A stretch of 64,000 nt of DNA from a virus (IMGVR_UViG_3300023174_000135); one strand, 5' to 3'. Numbered from the stretch's first letter, positions 1-10,106 are shown. Numbers and translations are program-made. The notes: generated from the letters alone by a model not told the origin.

Positions 1-34
1 AATTAATGTTGATACAGGAGAAGAACTTAAAATA

Positions 35-919
35 ATGGATAGAATTTATTGTGTTGATGATGCACAAAATTTACATTATTTTAAAGAATGGGCTGATGAT
101 AACGGGTATTTTTATAGAAAAAATCAAAAATGGGCTGATTGTTTGCGTTTTATAACTAATGGAAAAGAATTGCTTTTAAAATTGTCTATAAAACTAAAAG
201 AAACTAAATACCGTTATTACCCATATGTTGATACATTTAAATTTTTAGATGAAAAAACTGGTATTATATCTAATTTTTTACCAGAAAATAATGATTCTAT
301 TAAAACTTTAATTTCAGCCGATGGTAGAGCAAGTGAAGGTAAACTATTAGGATATGATGGATATCAAGAAACATACGAACATTATAATTCTTTATGTCGA
401 TTGCATTATCCTATTAATGGACAATATATTCATGTTAATCGTGAAATCATATGTTATTCGGATTTTCAAGATAGATATCTAATTCCTCAACATGCTTGTT
501 ATGACGAATTAATACAAGATTATGTATTAGTTGGTGAATATGAACAATATAATGATCAAAAACTTTTAGAAGAAAGAAGGAAATATTGTGCTGAAAGAAA
601 AGGTATTGTTGGTGATGAACAATATAAACCAAAACTAACAAGAAGAGTGGCGATAGATGACGAAGATTATCTTGATATTGATTATCAAGATCAATGGGTT
701 GATGATGAGGATGAATATGTAGATGATGAGCCTAATCGTGCCGTGGAACCACAACCCGAACCACAACCCGAACCACAACTTTACGGTGTGCCTGGAAATA
801 ATCGTTATTATGATGTTGCTGAATATTATAGAGGTATTATAAATGAATTAAGAAACATAAATATAGAACAACTTATAAATGTTCCAAATCAAGAACCACC
901 TGCAGAAGAAGAACAATAA
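35..919 (+). CDS. hypothetical acidic protein, C-terminal D/E-rich tail with PQPEPQPEPQ repeat
   Basis: 294-aa ORF with no internal stops; coherent AT-rich codon usage; no recognisable domain. Confidence 0.5.
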   Translation: MDRIYCVDDAQNLHYFKEWADDNGYFYRKNQKWADCLRFITNGKELLLKLSIKLKETKYRYYPYVDTFKFLDEKTGIISNFLPENNDSIKTLISADGRASEGKLLGYDGYQETYEHYNSLCRLHYPINGQYIHVNREIICYSDFQDRYLIPQHACYDELIQDYVLVGEYEQYNDQKLLEERRKYCAERKGIVGDEQYKPKLTRRVAIDDEDYLDIDYQDQWVDDEDEYVDDEPNRAVEPQPEPQPEPQLYGVPGNNRYYDVAEYYRGIINELRNINIEQLINVPNQEPPAEEEQ

Positions 920-957
920 AAACTTAAACTTTTCAAAACATCTTCTATATAAAATGG

Positions 958-1698
958 ATGGAAGATGTTTTGAAAAAGTTATTAATTTTTAATGACCCAA
1001 ATTTTAAGTTTGATCCAATTAAACATAAATATACCTTAGATGGAGAACATTTTATTTCTGTAACACAATTTATATCAAAATTTCATAAACATTTTGATTC
1101 GGATTTTTGGTCTAATAAAAAAGCAGAAGAAGCAGGCGTTTCACAACAAGAAATTTTATTAGAATGGAAAAAAATAAATGAACGTGCTAATGAAATAGGT
1201 ACAAATACACATAATTGGATTGAAAATTATTTTAATCAGATTTGGCAGGAATTACCAACAGACCCAGATGTAATTGATAGAATAAATAAATTTAATGTAG
1301 CATATTCTAAATGGTTATATAAATTAAAACCAATTAAATTTGAACAGCGCATTTTTTCTAAAAAATTGAAAATTGCTGGAATGATGGATGCATTATTTTG
1401 GTATAATGGTTGTGTTTTTATTTTAGACTATAAAACAAATAAGCAGTTTCTAACTGATGATCATCCAAAAGGTAAATATGAAACTTTATTACATCCATTT
1501 GCAGATTATTATAAAAATCATTTGAATGAATATTCAATACAAGTAAGTTTATACAAATTAATTTTGAGAGAAATAGGTATCGATGTCAAAGCAAGTTATT
1601 TATTACATATTGGACCAGATTCAGAAGCACAAATGTATAAAGCACATGATTTATCAAATATTTTGGAAAATTATTTAAATGATGAATATGTTAGTTGA
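958..1698 (+). CDS. putative PD-(D/E)XK-type nuclease (YqaJ/lambda-exonuclease-like motif)
   Basis: Motif order GMMDALFW ... FILDYKTNKQ ... YSIQVSLYKLIL fits the D...E-x-K...QxxxY signature of viral YqaJ-type nucleases; assignment by eye only. Confidence 0.4.
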   Translation: MEDVLKKLLIFNDPNFKFDPIKHKYTLDGEHFISVTQFISKFHKHFDSDFWSNKKAEEAGVSQQEILLEWKKINERANEIGTNTHNWIENYFNQIWQELPTDPDVIDRINKFNVAYSKWLYKLKPIKFEQRIFSKKLKIAGMMDALFWYNGCVFILDYKTNKQFLTDDHPKGKYETLLHPFADYYKNHLNEYSIQVSLYKLILREIGIDVKASYLLHIGPDSEAQMYKAHDLSNILENYLNDEYVS

Positions 1699-1912
1699 TT
1701 ATGTAGCATTAGATGCTATCACCGAAACCTACAAAAATGGTGTAAAAAATTGGACAAGAGATGAGTATTTTTTAATGGATTGTGCCTATTATGAAGGAAA
1801 AATTAAACGAGCCAGCGAATTATTAGGTGTTGCTCCTACTTTTTCGTATCTTAAAGAAATTCCTGACGAGGTTTCAGTTGCATTTCATTATGGGTATTAT
1901 TCTTGGAATTAA
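1679..1912 (+). CDS. hypothetical small protein
   Basis: 77-aa ORF overlapping the 3' end of the preceding gene and ending at a bidirectional terminator. Confidence 0.35.
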   Translation: MMNMLVDYVALDAITETYKNGVKNWTRDEYFLMDCAYYEGKIKRASELLGVAPTFSYLKEIPDEVSVAFHYGYYSWN

Positions 1913-1939
1913 AAAAAGCGGCTTAAAGCCGCTTTTTTT
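1911..1939. terminator. bidirectional intrinsic terminator (A-run, GCGGC-TTAAA-GCCGC, T-run)
   Basis: AAAAAAAGCGGCTTAAAGCCGCTTTTTTT lies between convergent genes ending at 1912 (+) and 1938 (-). Confidence 0.7.
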
Positions 1940-2537
1940 AATTGTTTAATAAAACTTGAATACCTGCTTTATATTTATCTAATAAAGACATAGTTGGATC
2001 ATTTATAAAAACTACTTCAGACGAAGTGCCTAATTGTATTTGTAAAATAATATCAGCCGCAATACCAGGCATAACAGAAGAATATGTTATAGAAGATAAT
2101 TGGTATAAATCTGTATTTGAATAATACTTATAATAAGGATCATATGAATATGTTATACCAGCATAATAAACTGAGTCTACTTTTTCAACTTCAGTAAATC
2201 TTCCTAATAAAATACTATTAGTTGCTCCGTATATTTTTGGACCTATTTGATATACATTATTTTTATCGTAATAATCTTTTAAACGAGCTAAATAAGTGCT
2301 ATTAGTTTTATTTAAAATAACAGCCCAACTTTCTTGTTTTAATATAGGAATACTATTCCATTTACGAATATCTGTTTGAAAATATTTCGAAAAAACATCC
2401 TGTATTAACATATATTCATTATTATTTAATAAATCATCTATGTAATTATAATAAGTTAAATAATTAATACTGCCTTTTTGTGCAATAGAAGTTATTTTAT
2501 TATAGATAGCCAAAACTCTTTTCGATCTTATAGTCAT
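1938..2537 (-). CDS. hypothetical protein
   Basis: 199-aa ORF, Tyr/Asn-rich, no recognisable motif. Confidence 0.5.
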   Translation of the reverse strand: MTIRSKRVLAIYNKITSIAQKGSINYLTYYNYIDDLLNNNEYMLIQDVFSKYFQTDIRKWNSIPILKQESWAVILNKTNSTYLARLKDYYDKNNVYQIGPKIYGATNSILLGRFTEVEKVDSVYYAGITYSYDPYYKYYSNTDLYQLSSITYSSVMPGIAADIILQIQLGTSSEVVFINDPTMSLLDKYKAGIQVLLNN

Positions 2538-2540
2538 TTA

Positions 2541-3620
2541 TTATTGTAAAGCAGTATTTATTTTATTTATTGCATCAGCAGATTTAGCTGGGTCATTTAA
2601 TACATCAGATAATTTTAATATAGTTGCCATAGCATCTTTATTTTGTTTTAACTTACCTAATGAATCTTTTAATTTTTGTTCCGTTTCTGTTGTTGTAGTT
2701 GCAGTTTCTTTTGCTGGTCCAATTATATCGTCATAAGATTTTTTAATTACTGGTTGTCCATCTTTATTTAAGAAAACAACAGCATCTTCACCATCTTCTG
2801 GTTTTAATTCATGAATTGTTTTAACCCCTACAACATCAGTTTGCTCTTGTGGTGATTTTGTTTTATCATATTGTTCTTTGGTTTTATCTTTTAAAAGATA
2901 AATAACAGCCGTTCCTTCGTCTTTATATTCCTTTAATCTATCATACGTCATTGCTGTATCACCTTCTTCTACTTTAACTCCACCTTTTTGTTGTGCAGTT
3001 CTAATTTGATCTTCTGTAACAGCTTTAGCAGCATTTTGCATGGGTATGAATAATTTAGTTATAAACCAATTATTAATTTTTACTTTATCTAATTTATCTT
3101 TATTAACCATTAATGTTTTTAAATCTTTCATTAAAGTCATATCTATAAATTTACCACTAGTGTTATCTCTTTCAAATTTATTATTTTTTGGGTTATAAGC
3201 AACTTGTTTAGATACAGCAATTCTGGCAGTATTAAGTATAAATTCAATTGCAATTCTTTTAGGTTTTATTTTTTCACCTTGCATTTTTTTATCAGCAAAA
3301 AGAGTTCCAATTCCTTTTTTACCCATAATACCTGTTTCTGGATTTAAAATTTCATTTAAGAAATTTTTAACCGTATCATCTGTAATAACTTTATTTTTAT
3401 TAAAAGTATCAAATTCTGTTTTAAAAATTGAATTAGGAGATTTATAATTAAGTATTGTATTTACTACATAATCTCTAATTTTATTTGGATTATTTTCCAA
3501 ACGAGTTATTTCATCAGACATTTTTTTCCAAAGTCCTTTGAAAAAATTTATTAAACCACCAAGCAATTCCTCATTTACTGGTTCATATTCATTAAATTCA
3601 TTATATTTGTAAATTTTCAT
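2541..3620 (-). CDS. hypothetical protein (Lys/Asp-rich, 359 aa)
   Basis: Long ORF 3 nt upstream of the preceding minus gene; no motif recognised. Confidence 0.55.
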   Translation of the reverse strand: MKIYKYNEFNEYEPVNEELLGGLINFFKGLWKKMSDEITRLENNPNKIRDYVVNTILNYKSPNSIFKTEFDTFNKNKVITDDTVKNFLNEILNPETGIMGKKGIGTLFADKKMQGEKIKPKRIAIEFILNTARIAVSKQVAYNPKNNKFERDNTSGKFIDMTLMKDLKTLMVNKDKLDKVKINNWFITKLFIPMQNAAKAVTEDQIRTAQQKGGVKVEEGDTAMTYDRLKEYKDEGTAVIYLLKDKTKEQYDKTKSPQEQTDVVGVKTIHELKPEDGEDAVVFLNKDGQPVIKKSYDDIIGPAKETATTTTETEQKLKDSLGKLKQNKDAMATILKLSDVLNDPAKSADAINKINTALQ

Positions 3621-3645
3621 AAAAGAAAGAAGTTTAGATTATATA

Positions 3646-4644
3646 TTAAATTTCAGAAACATATTCAAATATATAACCTTCTTTAGATATTTTTTGGTTT
3701 ATATATTTTTTTATTGTTGTTAATTTTATTTTAAAATATTCACAAGCTTCTGATAAAGAATTAAAGTTCAAAATTTCATCAAATTTTTTGGCTTGTATTT
3801 TTATACTTTTAGTTTTTTTGATAAAATAATTTTTATAATCACCTTTATACTCGTCTGTATAAACCCAAGCAAAAGCATTAGCAGTTTTTCTTTGCTTATT
3901 TAAGCATGACCAAATATTTTTAAAGTTTGTGTTATTTTCTTCACCCGCAGTGACAATATTGTTATATAACTTTTTTTCTCCTAATATATTTATTCTGAAG
4001 AATTCTTTACCAATGTTAGTTGTATTTTGTATCCTGTATTCAAGTTTTTGTTCTATATTCTCTTCATTTTCATGGAAAAAAGTATAATCTTTATTAAATA
4101 ACATTCCATTATTCAAAATGTCTGATATATTTTTAAATGAAATATTTAAATCTTCACTTGCTCTACGAGCATTACTATATTTACCCACAAAATTTTTATT
4201 TTTATCATAACAAATTATTTTTTTACCAGAATTATATGTGGAATTATAAATAGCTTTCTTTGTTTTTTCCGACATTTTTCTTCCTTTACTTTTTTCTCCA
4301 ATTTTTTTCCTCGTCTCCTCAGAAGGATTTTGAAGACCGTCACCACCTTCAGTCATATTTAATAATTTAATTCCCCAAGATTTGAATAACATAATGTAAT
4401 ACTTTTCCCAATAGTCAATTTCAGAATCAAATTCGTCTAAAATAGTAAAAACTGGTTTCAAATTTTCTAAAAATAAATTATTTTTCCATTTTGATAAATT
4501 AGTTTTATAATAATTTTTCTCTTTTCTACAATGATCTTTATATCTACTCTTTGGATTTTTAGTTTTTCCAATATAAACAAGTTCATCCGTTTTTGGATGT
4601 GATAAACAATAAATGTAATTTTTTATAATCGGTAGTTTCTTCAT
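3646..4644 (-). CDS. GIY-YIG homing endonuclease with NUMOD3-like DNA-binding repeats
   Basis: N-terminus IYCLSHPKTDELVYIGKT gives GIY...YIG, with downstream R/H/E/N catalytic positions; repeated SEETRKKIGEKSKGRKMSEKTKKAI-type segments as in free-standing phage GIY-YIG endonucleases such as the I-TevI/Seg family. Confidence 0.75.
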   Translation of the reverse strand: MKKLPIIKNYIYCLSHPKTDELVYIGKTKNPKSRYKDHCRKEKNYYKTNLSKWKNNLFLENLKPVFTILDEFDSEIDYWEKYYIMLFKSWGIKLLNMTEGGDGLQNPSEETRKKIGEKSKGRKMSEKTKKAIYNSTYNSGKKIICYDKNKNFVGKYSNARRASEDLNISFKNISDILNNGMLFNKDYTFFHENEENIEQKLEYRIQNTTNIGKEFFRINILGEKKLYNNIVTAGEENNTNFKNIWSCLNKQRKTANAFAWVYTDEYKGDYKNYFIKKTKSIKIQAKKFDEILNFNSLSEACEYFKIKLTTIKKYINQKISKEGYIFEYVSEI

Positions 4645-4715
4645 TTATTATATATTAAAATTAAATATGTTAAACTTTATTTATTTTTAAAATAAAAATA
4701 AAAAACAAATTTTAT

Positions 4716-5267
4716 ATGAATTTAACAGAATACAAACAATTTGCTGAAAAAACATTATCAACACAATTTCATTCCGATCCTCAATTAGAAAAAATATTAC
4801 ATGCAGCTCTCGGTTTAGCAACAGAAATAGAAGAATTATTAGTTAATTATTCTGGAAACATAGACCACATAAATGTATTGGAAGAAATTGGGGATATCAC
4901 ATGGTATTTGTCTGTATTTTACAGAGAATATCCTGAAATCGAAAATATTAAAGTTACGACAAATTTGGAGGTTAAAACACCTCAAGATTTAATTATGAGT
5001 ATGTTAAAATGTATTTTACAAATACAAGATTTAATTAAAAAGAAACTTTATTATAATAAACCGATAAATCAAGAAGTAATGAATACTTTAGTTGCTACAA
5101 TTGATTCAGATATTAGGATGTATTTAAGCATTTACAATTTAAATATTGAAGAAGTGTGGGAAAAAAATATAGAAAAATTACGTTCACGTTATGGTGAGAA
5201 GTTTTCTTCTGAAAGAGCTATTAATCGTGATTTGGAAACAGAAAGAACTATTTTAGAATCAAAATAA
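4716..5267 (+). CDS. MazG-like nucleoside-triphosphate pyrophosphohydrolase
   Basis: N-terminal LTEYKQFAEKT...ALGLATEIEEL and EIGDITWYL helices match the all-alpha MazG/dimeric-dUTPase-type core. Confidence 0.55.
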   Translation: MNLTEYKQFAEKTLSTQFHSDPQLEKILHAALGLATEIEELLVNYSGNIDHINVLEEIGDITWYLSVFYREYPEIENIKVTTNLEVKTPQDLIMSMLKCILQIQDLIKKKLYYNKPINQEVMNTLVATIDSDIRMYLSIYNLNIEEVWEKNIEKLRSRYGEKFSSERAINRDLETERTILESK

Positions 5268-5290
5268 TATATATACAAAAAAAATTATAT

Positions 5291-5581
5291 ATGAATTTAG
5301 AAGATGCGGAAAAGCAAATTGATAAGGCTGATAGTTTTTTAGATAAACTATGGAAGTTTTTAGGAAAACATTGGGGTAAATTACTTATTATACTTATTAT
5401 TTTTTGTTCTTATAAAGTAGTAAATTTACTTTGGACTGAAATACAAAAAGATGATTCTTTGGATACTGAAGAAGTTACTCTAAAACAAGAGTATTATGAT
5501 TATGATCAAAATGGAGATAGTATTCTAATAAAACAATATAGTGATGGAACATTTGATACTATTTATCATTTTGAAGAATAA
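5291..5581 (+). CDS. small membrane protein (one TM)
   Basis: 96 aa; hydrophobic stretch LLIILIIFCSY; followed by an intrinsic terminator. Confidence 0.45.
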   Translation: MNLEDAEKQIDKADSFLDKLWKFLGKHWGKLLIILIIFCSYKVVNLLWTEIQKDDSLDTEEVTLKQEYYDYDQNGDSILIKQYSDGTFDTIYHFEE

Positions 5582-5590
5582 AAAATATGA

Positions 5591-5617
5591 AAAAAGTTTG
5601 TGAAAACAAACTTTTTT
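5591..5617 (+). terminator. intrinsic terminator
   Basis: AAAAAGTTTGT-GAAA-ACAAACTTTTTT hairpin 10 nt after the stop at 5581. Confidence 0.65.
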
Positions 5618-5619
5618 CG

Positions 5620-5627
5620 TATCTTTA
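5620..5627 (+). promoter_or_regulatory. putative Bacteroidota-type -7 promoter box (TATCTTTA)
   Basis: Near-consensus TAnnTTTG element 23 nt upstream of the ATG at 5650; the same box type recurs upstream of several other genes in the window. Confidence 0.3.
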
Positions 5628-5649
5628 CATAATAAACACATAAAAATAT

Positions 5650-6807
5650 ATGAAATTTTTCTCACTTAACAAGTCAGATTTATCTAAAAAAGTTTTTGCT
5701 GGTATTACATACAACGAAAACTCATTTAAAGGTAGTTTAATGAAGATGCTATCTAATTTTGGTTATACACTTCATAAAAAAACATTTACCGAAGATGATC
5801 AAAATCTTAAAATAGATACATTTGCTGATGGTGAAATGTGTCCTATTTTCCAAAAATCTATAAGAAATGAACATGTAACCATAATGGCAGATGGGCATAG
5901 TTCTGCTGATATTGTAAAATTACTTTTAACCGTTGATGCTGCCAATAGAAGTGGTGCTAAAAAAATTACTGTTATTTATCCATATTTCCCATATGCACGT
6001 CAAGATAAAAATGATCATATTAGATCTTCAATTGGAGCTAAAATGATGGCAAATCTATTACAAAAAGTAGGTGTTAGTCGTATAATTTCAATTGAAATGC
6101 ACTCACCAGCAATTCAAGGGTTTTTTGATATACCAGTTATTCACTTAAATGGTAATCGTATTTTTGGTGAATATGTAAAATCATTAAAACTTGAAAATGT
6201 AACAAACTGCTCTCCTGATCATGGAGCCATTAAAAGAAATTCAGATTTTGCTAAATATTTCCCTGATTGCCTTTCAGCCGTAATTGATAAAAAAAGAAAA
6301 AAACCAAATGAAGTTGCTTCGATGGAAATTACTGGTGAAGAAAATATTCCTGGAAGAAATGTTGTTTGTATAGATGATATGGGTGATACATTAGGAACAC
6401 TTGCTAAATCGGCTGATTTAGTAATGAGCAAAGGTGCTTTATCTTATACGGCTTTTTTAACTCACCCTGTATTAAGTGGCAATGCTTTAAAAAATCTATT
6501 TTACTCAAAAATAACTGAATTGGTAGTAAGTGATACTATATCTTCTGTTTATGATAAAAAGATACAATATAACAAAATGTTAGAAGAAGAAGCATATGGA
6601 AAAGCGGTTAGTGAATTTGAAAATGTAAAATATAGTGAAGAAGCATTTAGAAATCGTCTTTCGGAATTGAGAGAAGAAGTTAAAGCAAATCATGCGAAAT
6701 TTACTATTGTATCTTGTGATAAATTATTAATTAATTCTATTAATAGGATAATTAATAAACAATCGATCAACGAATTAAATAATGAATACCAACCTGTTAA
6801 TTCATAA
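5650..6807 (+). CDS. prs: ribose-phosphate pyrophosphokinase (PRPP synthetase) family enzyme with N- and C-terminal extensions; could equally be a phage Adps-type ADPR-pyrophosphokinase
   Basis: Collinear Prs motifs: FADGE (FSDGE), GAKKITVIYPYFPYARQDKN (RITAVIPYFGYARQDRK), EMHSPAIQGFFDIPV (DLHAxQIQGFFDIPV), IDDMGDTLGT (DDMIDTxGT), THPVLSG. It is about 70 aa longer than cellular Prs and divergent at DLHA (here EMHS) and RQDRK (here RQDKN). Confidence 0.75.
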   Translation: MKFFSLNKSDLSKKVFAGITYNENSFKGSLMKMLSNFGYTLHKKTFTEDDQNLKIDTFADGEMCPIFQKSIRNEHVTIMADGHSSADIVKLLLTVDAANRSGAKKITVIYPYFPYARQDKNDHIRSSIGAKMMANLLQKVGVSRIISIEMHSPAIQGFFDIPVIHLNGNRIFGEYVKSLKLENVTNCSPDHGAIKRNSDFAKYFPDCLSAVIDKKRKKPNEVASMEITGEENIPGRNVVCIDDMGDTLGTLAKSADLVMSKGALSYTAFLTHPVLSGNALKNLFYSKITELVVSDTISSVYDKKIQYNKMLEEEAYGKAVSEFENVKYSEEAFRNRLSELREEVKANHAKFTIVSCDKLLINSINRIINKQSINELNNEYQPVNS

Positions 6808-6809
6808 TT

Positions 6810-6956
6810 ATGGAATTTACATTAATTTTTAATAGTGGTTTATCATTTGAAGATACAATTTCTTTAAATATAAATGCCGCTTCAAAAGAAGAAGCATTGG
6901 AAAATGCTTTGACAGAAAACCCCGAATTATCAGGGTGGAATTATATGATTAAATAA
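6810..6956 (+). CDS. small ORF (48 aa) translationally coupled on both sides; absent from the supplied ORF track
   Basis: ATG 2 nt after the prs stop; its TAA overlaps the ATG of the next gene (TAATG); peptide MEFTLIFNSGLSFEDTISLNINAASKEEALENALTENPELSGWNYMIK. Confidence 0.35.
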   Translation: MEFTLIFNSGLSFEDTISLNINAASKEEALENALTENPELSGWNYMIK

Positions 6957-7372
6957 TGAAAAAAACTTATAGTGGTGAGATAAAAAAACTTAAACCTAAT
7001 CAAGCATTTTTATTTGGCTCTAACACTGAAGGTAGACATGGTGCTGGTGCTGCTAAATTTGCTATGAAATATGGTGCTATTTACGGACAAGCAAAAGGTC
7101 CAATGGGTCGTTGTTATGCTATAATAACAAAAGATTTGACTAAAGGAAAACATCCGTCAATAGCACGAGATTATATTATTCAACAAATAGGTGAATTTTA
7201 TGAATTTGCTAAAAAGTTTTGGAATATAGAATTTATTGTTCCATATTCTGGTGAAGCAAATAAAAAAAATTTAAGTGGTTATACAAATTTAGAAATAGCT
7301 GAAATGTTTAATTCATTTGATATACCGGAAAATGTAATCTTCGAAAAAGAATTTAATAAATTAATAAAATAG
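6956..7372 (+). CDS. hypothetical protein with glycine-rich loop (FLFGSNTEGRHGAGAAKFA)
   Basis: 138-aa ORF; the glycine-rich loop suggests a nucleotide- or phosphate-binding Rossmann-like fold; family not identified. Confidence 0.5.
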   Translation: MKKTYSGEIKKLKPNQAFLFGSNTEGRHGAGAAKFAMKYGAIYGQAKGPMGRCYAIITKDLTKGKHPSIARDYIIQQIGEFYEFAKKFWNIEFIVPYSGEANKKNLSGYTNLEIAEMFNSFDIPENVIFEKEFNKLIK

Positions 7373-7378
7373 ATATAG

Positions 7379-7786
7379 ATGTTATATAGAAGTAGAACCG
7401 ATTGTGGTATCGGTGGTGTTTGTGGTGGCTTAGGTAAGCATTTTGATATAGATTCAACCATTATAAGATTTATAGCGGTTTTATCTTTATTAGCGGGTGT
7501 TGGTTTAATACCTTATTTAATTTTTTGGTTTATAACTCCATTAGAAAACGATTTAAATTTTGAATATATGCAAACAAGTCAAGTTATCAACAACTTTGTT
7601 AAGTTTTCCGAAGAAATAACTCCGGAAATATTTCAAGAAATTTTTGGTGAAAATAAGGGTATGAAATATTATCAAAATATTTTCTTTGCTACTTTTGATA
7701 AAAATATGCCAAAATTTATTGCTTCTTTAAATGAAGTAGATAGAGAATTAATTTTAAAGTATTTTGATGAAAATTTTTGCAGCTAA
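7379..7786 (+). CDS. PspC-domain membrane protein
   Basis: [53 protein letters not shown] closely matches the PspC N-terminal domain consensus ([30 protein letters not shown]...llYlilWiilP). Confidence 0.65.
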   Translation: MLYRSRTDCGIGGVCGGLGKHFDIDSTIIRFIAVLSLLAGVGLIPYLIFWFITPLENDLNFEYMQTSQVINNFVKFSEEITPEIFQEIFGENKGMKYYQNIFFATFDKNMPKFIASLNEVDRELILKYFDENFCS

Positions 7787-8060
7787 CCGATTATCAAATG
7801 GAAATGGTTTATTTCCATTGCAAATCATTATAGATGATATTGGTGTGACTATTAGAAAACCAGGTCTAATTGCCGCAGCAGAAAAAACTATATCCTATAA
7901 TATAATATCTTCAGTTGAATTACACACACCTATTCTTGGGTTTACAAAAATTAAAATAAATTCTATTGGGTTAGATTCAACTTTGGCTGAAGGTTTTGAA
8001 AGATATGATGCTGAAACTATTCGTGATTTAATTTACCAATATAAAAAGATATGGAAGTAA
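7764..8060 (+). CDS. hypothetical protein
   Basis: 98-aa ORF overlapping the previous gene by 23 nt in another frame; no motif. Confidence 0.4.
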   Translation: MMKIFAANRLSNGNGLFPLQIIIDDIGVTIRKPGLIAAAEKTISYNIISSVELHTPILGFTKIKINSIGLDSTLAEGFERYDAETIRDLIYQYKKIWK

Positions 8061-8139
8061 AGGGTAAAATTGGTGTTAGATATAATGTAGCTACTTCTGA
8101 GTCTATAAAAAACTCCTTTTAAATAAAATATATAAGACT

Positions 8140-8409
8140 ATGAAAACACTTATACTATTTTTTTTATTAATATTTTTTTATGGATGTAATTCAAAAATAA
8201 ATACCACTTGTGAAACAAAAATTAAAGAATTAAGAGATTCTATATCAATTCAATCGGATTCAATTAAAAAATTAGATCATGAATTATTTGATAATAAAAT
8301 TGAACTATTTTATAATAAAATTGAACTTGATAGATATGAATATATTTTTAATGAATTAGAATTAGATACATTTTGTAAAACTAAAATAGAAAATATACGA
8401 GTAGAATAA
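8140..8409 (+). CDS. small lipoprotein
   Basis: MKTLILFFLLIFFYGCNS gives a signal peptide plus lipobox Cys, in a style typical of Bacteroidota lipoproteins. Confidence 0.5.
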   Translation: MKTLILFFLLIFFYGCNSKINTTCETKIKELRDSISIQSDSIKKLDHELFDNKIELFYNKIELDRYEYIFNELELDTFCKTKIENIRVE

Positions 8410-8495
8410 TTTAATAGACAATTTTTAAAAACTTTCATAGAAATATGAAGGTTTTATTTTTCGAATTTAATATATAAATAAAATTAATATAAATA

Positions 8496-9077
8496 ATGGA
8501 AAATAAAATAATGAATTTTGAACAATTTCTTTTAGAAAAGAAAAGTGAAAAATGGATGCAAAAAGCATTTAATCCTGCACATAAAGGAGAATTACATAAA
8601 TTGTTAGATGTGCCAGAAGATGAAGATATTCCTATGTCTAAAATAAACGCTGAATTAAAAAAATTAAAAGGTAAAGAAGATTTAAGTAAAAAGGAATTAT
8701 CTTTATTGAGAAAATTAAATTTAGCTAAAACTGCTAAAAAAATTACAGAGTCGGAAGAATTAGAATTTTGCCCTGATTGTGGTCATGATTGGGATGAATG
8801 TCAATGTGTAAAAAATAATGAAGAGTATTCTTTTTTGGATGAAGAAGATGAAATTGAGGAAATAGATGAAAAGAAAAAATTAAATAAAGGATTACAAGCG
8901 TTTTTAGATAAAAAAGCTGGTAAAAAAACAGACAAAAAAGAAGATAAAGAAGATAAAGAAGGTAAAACACCAACTACAAAAAAAGAAAAAGAATTAGCAG
9001 CAAAATATCCACCAAAAGATAAAATAACAAGAGGTGATGTAATTACAGCAGCTAAAGAAAAATCAAAAAAGAAATAA
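8496..9077 (+). CDS. Lys/Glu-rich protein with CPDCGHDWDECQC cysteine cluster
   Basis: 193-aa ORF; highly charged; short putative metal-binding Cys/His cluster. Confidence 0.5.
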   Translation: MENKIMNFEQFLLEKKSEKWMQKAFNPAHKGELHKLLDVPEDEDIPMSKINAELKKLKGKEDLSKKELSLLRKLNLAKTAKKITESEELEFCPDCGHDWDECQCVKNNEEYSFLDEEDEIEEIDEKKKLNKGLQAFLDKKAGKKTDKKEDKEDKEGKTPTTKKEKELAAKYPPKDKITRGDVITAAKEKSKKK

Positions 9078-9307
9078 TGTTTGTTAAAAAATTTGAAAAT
9101 TTTGAATTAAAACTTAAAGTAAATATGGTTATGATGTCACATCTGAGTGATTTACAAGATGGTTATGAATTTATGGATTCAATTGATTTTAATAATAAAA
9201 TAAATTTTATTAAACATTTAATAATTAAATATCCAGATACGGACACATCAATAAATGCAGATTTAGAATGGGAAGAATTCAAAAAAACAAGATTTTATAG
9301 ACAATAA
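9077..9307 (+). CDS. hypothetical small protein
   Basis: 76-aa ORF whose start overlaps the previous stop (TAATG); followed by a terminator. Confidence 0.4.
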   Translation: MFVKKFENFELKLKVNMVMMSHLSDLQDGYEFMDSIDFNNKINFIKHLIIKYPDTDTSINADLEWEEFKKTRFYRQ

Positions 9308-9317
9308 AAATTTTATT

Positions 9318-9343
9318 AAAAACTCGTAATTTACGAGTTTTTT
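9318..9343 (+). terminator. intrinsic terminator
   Basis: AAAACTCGTAATTTACGAGTTTTTT palindrome plus T-run after the stop at 9307. Confidence 0.65.
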
Positions 9344-9535
9344 CTTTATCTTTGCTTTATGAAAAATAAACTTAAAAATATAGAAAAAACTGCTCAAAGA
9401 AAATTAGCCATAGAAGCTGGATTTTATGATGGTAGATACAAGAAAAGAGTGATTCCGGATAAAAAGAAAGCGGAATCTAAAAAAAGGATTAAAGTGGAAT
9501 TTTAAACTTTTTGCTCGCTTTGTCATATAAATACT

Positions 9536-10075
9536 ATGAAAAGAGAGAAAACGAAACTTACCGTAAATGATATTTTAGATTTTTTTGCATCAAAACCTGT
9601 ATTTGATAGATCTAATACTGATTCTTTAACAAAATTTGGTTGGGCTTCAACCAAAGAAGGTTTATATAATATAACTGATATTTATACTTTTTTTGAGGAA
9701 AAAGGTTTTGATAAAAATGATGTTCAAGATTTTTTCCACAAATTTTTACAATTAAAAGTATTCAATAATACTAAATTAGAAAAAGGCAAAACTTTTATTA
9801 ATGTTATTTATGTGACAAATTATAATCCAGATTACCGTCAAAATAAAAGATATTTAGAGGCAGTATATTATTATATGGATATAACACATGAAAAAGCAAA
9901 GCAGTTAAAATCTGAATATGAGGCTGAAAGTTTATCGCAAATGCAAGTTTTTATTGATAAGAAAAATACTAAAAAACCTGTAAATAAATCAGCAGCTAAA
10001 CAACAAAAAGAAACCAAAAAAATAACCAAAACAAGACTTAAAAAAACACCTAAAATTGAAATTTTAGCAGCTTAA
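9536..10075 (+). CDS. hypothetical protein with basic Lys-rich C-terminal tail
   Basis: 179-aa ORF; KKxxK-rich tail suggests nucleic-acid binding; no family recognised. Confidence 0.5.
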   Translation: MKREKTKLTVNDILDFFASKPVFDRSNTDSLTKFGWASTKEGLYNITDIYTFFEEKGFDKNDVQDFFHKFLQLKVFNNTKLEKGKTFINVIYVTNYNPDYRQNKRYLEAVYYYMDITHEKAKQLKSEYEAESLSQMQVFIDKKNTKKPVNKSAAKQQKETKKITKTRLKKTPKIEILAA

Positions 10076-10106
10076 AAATAAATTTGTTTATTTCAATTTT
10101 TTTTCT

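Noticed and set aside
7764-7790. Possible programmed frameshift joining 7379-7786 and 7764-8060
   Set aside because: The overlap contains AAAATTTTT but no canonical slippery heptamer with a downstream structure. The PspC-domain protein is complete without the extension. Treated as ordinary overlapping genes.
9359-9505. 48-aa ORF (MKNKLKNIEKTAQRKLAIEAGFYDGRYKKRVIPDKKKAESKKRIKVEF) in the 9308-9535 gap
   Set aside because: The only promoter-like box (TATCTTTG, 9347-9354) ends 5 nt before its ATG, so a transcript from it would start inside or after the start codon. More likely this is the 5' leader of the 9536 gene. Retained only as a possibility.
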